This document shows, piece by piece, positions 63,562 to 64,000 of a DNA stretch of 64,000 nucleotides. The first letter of the stretch is position 1. Each line of letters starts with the position of its first letter. The translations under genes and the position numbers were made by a program. The notes under the pieces were generated by a model. That model was given only the letters and a program-made list of their open reading frames with translations, was not told where the DNA came from and searched no databases. This DNA is from Octopus sinensis (lineage: Eukaryota): the NCBI RefSeq assembly GCF_006345805.1, contig NC_043006.1, positions 47,554,001-47,618,000 on the forward strand, written 5' to 3'.

Positions 63562-63601
63562 TTAGATAGATATAGTTAGATAGATAGATAGATAGATAGA
63601 T

Positions 63602-63649
<48 letters not shown>

Positions 63650-63662
63650 GTAGATAGATAAG

Positions 63663-63735
<73 letters not shown>
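63460..63735. repeat. (TACA)n, (TA)n, (GA)n, (GATA)n compound microsatellite
   Basis: Read directly. Confidence 0.9.
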
Positions 63736-63736
<1 letters not shown>

Positions 63737-64000
63737 TGGGTGTGTATGTGTGTATTATTTTCAGCTCAATTCCTGTGGCCATGAGGGGCACCGGTGACTC
63801 ACCTTTATTAATACCCCTTTACTAGTTGACATTTTTTGAATGAGGGTGTTTGATGTTCCTGCCTTCATTTCTGTTTCCTGTTATGACGTTTTCCCATCTA
63901 GGCCTCTTGACACTAGGAGAGCCAGTTTATTTCGGAAGACGTCTACAGCTACATCCATGTAGGTCTCATACAGACCCTAAGGGAAGCTTCTAAGGGGGCC

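Overview
Eukaryotic, AT-rich, repeat-saturated non-coding DNA. The SINE families and the density of (TA)n/(TG)n/(GATA)n/(TAA)n tracts point to a coleoid cephalopod, probably Octopus; this is inferred from memory and needs BLAST confirmation. I cannot support any host protein-coding gene, rRNA, true tRNA or CRISPR array. Most ORFs in the supplied track are microsatellite read-through. Mobile elements seen: over 20 copies of 3-4 tRNA-derived SINE families; R4/Dong-like (restriction-like endonuclease, RLE) retrotransposon fragments tied to (TAA)n arrays; a young 5'-truncated CR1-group LINE with an uninterrupted 454-aa RT ORF; older CR1-group, RTE and possible Gypsy relics; a decayed mariner with TIRs; a mariner-type MITE; and a decayed piggyBac with an apparently spliced leader. 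Most notable observations: two well-formed and one degenerate minimal hammerhead ribozymes of the Penelope-like type (17097-17152 +, 30965-31010 -, 63225-63271 +); a non-coding element of about 560 bp embedded in (TAA)n arrays; a 759-bp near-perfect palindrome (56549-57307) that may be an assembly artefact; and SINEs that carry internal microsatellites or spread as multimers. Coordinates were counted by eye and may be off by a few bases. Element boundaries in decayed copies are approximate.
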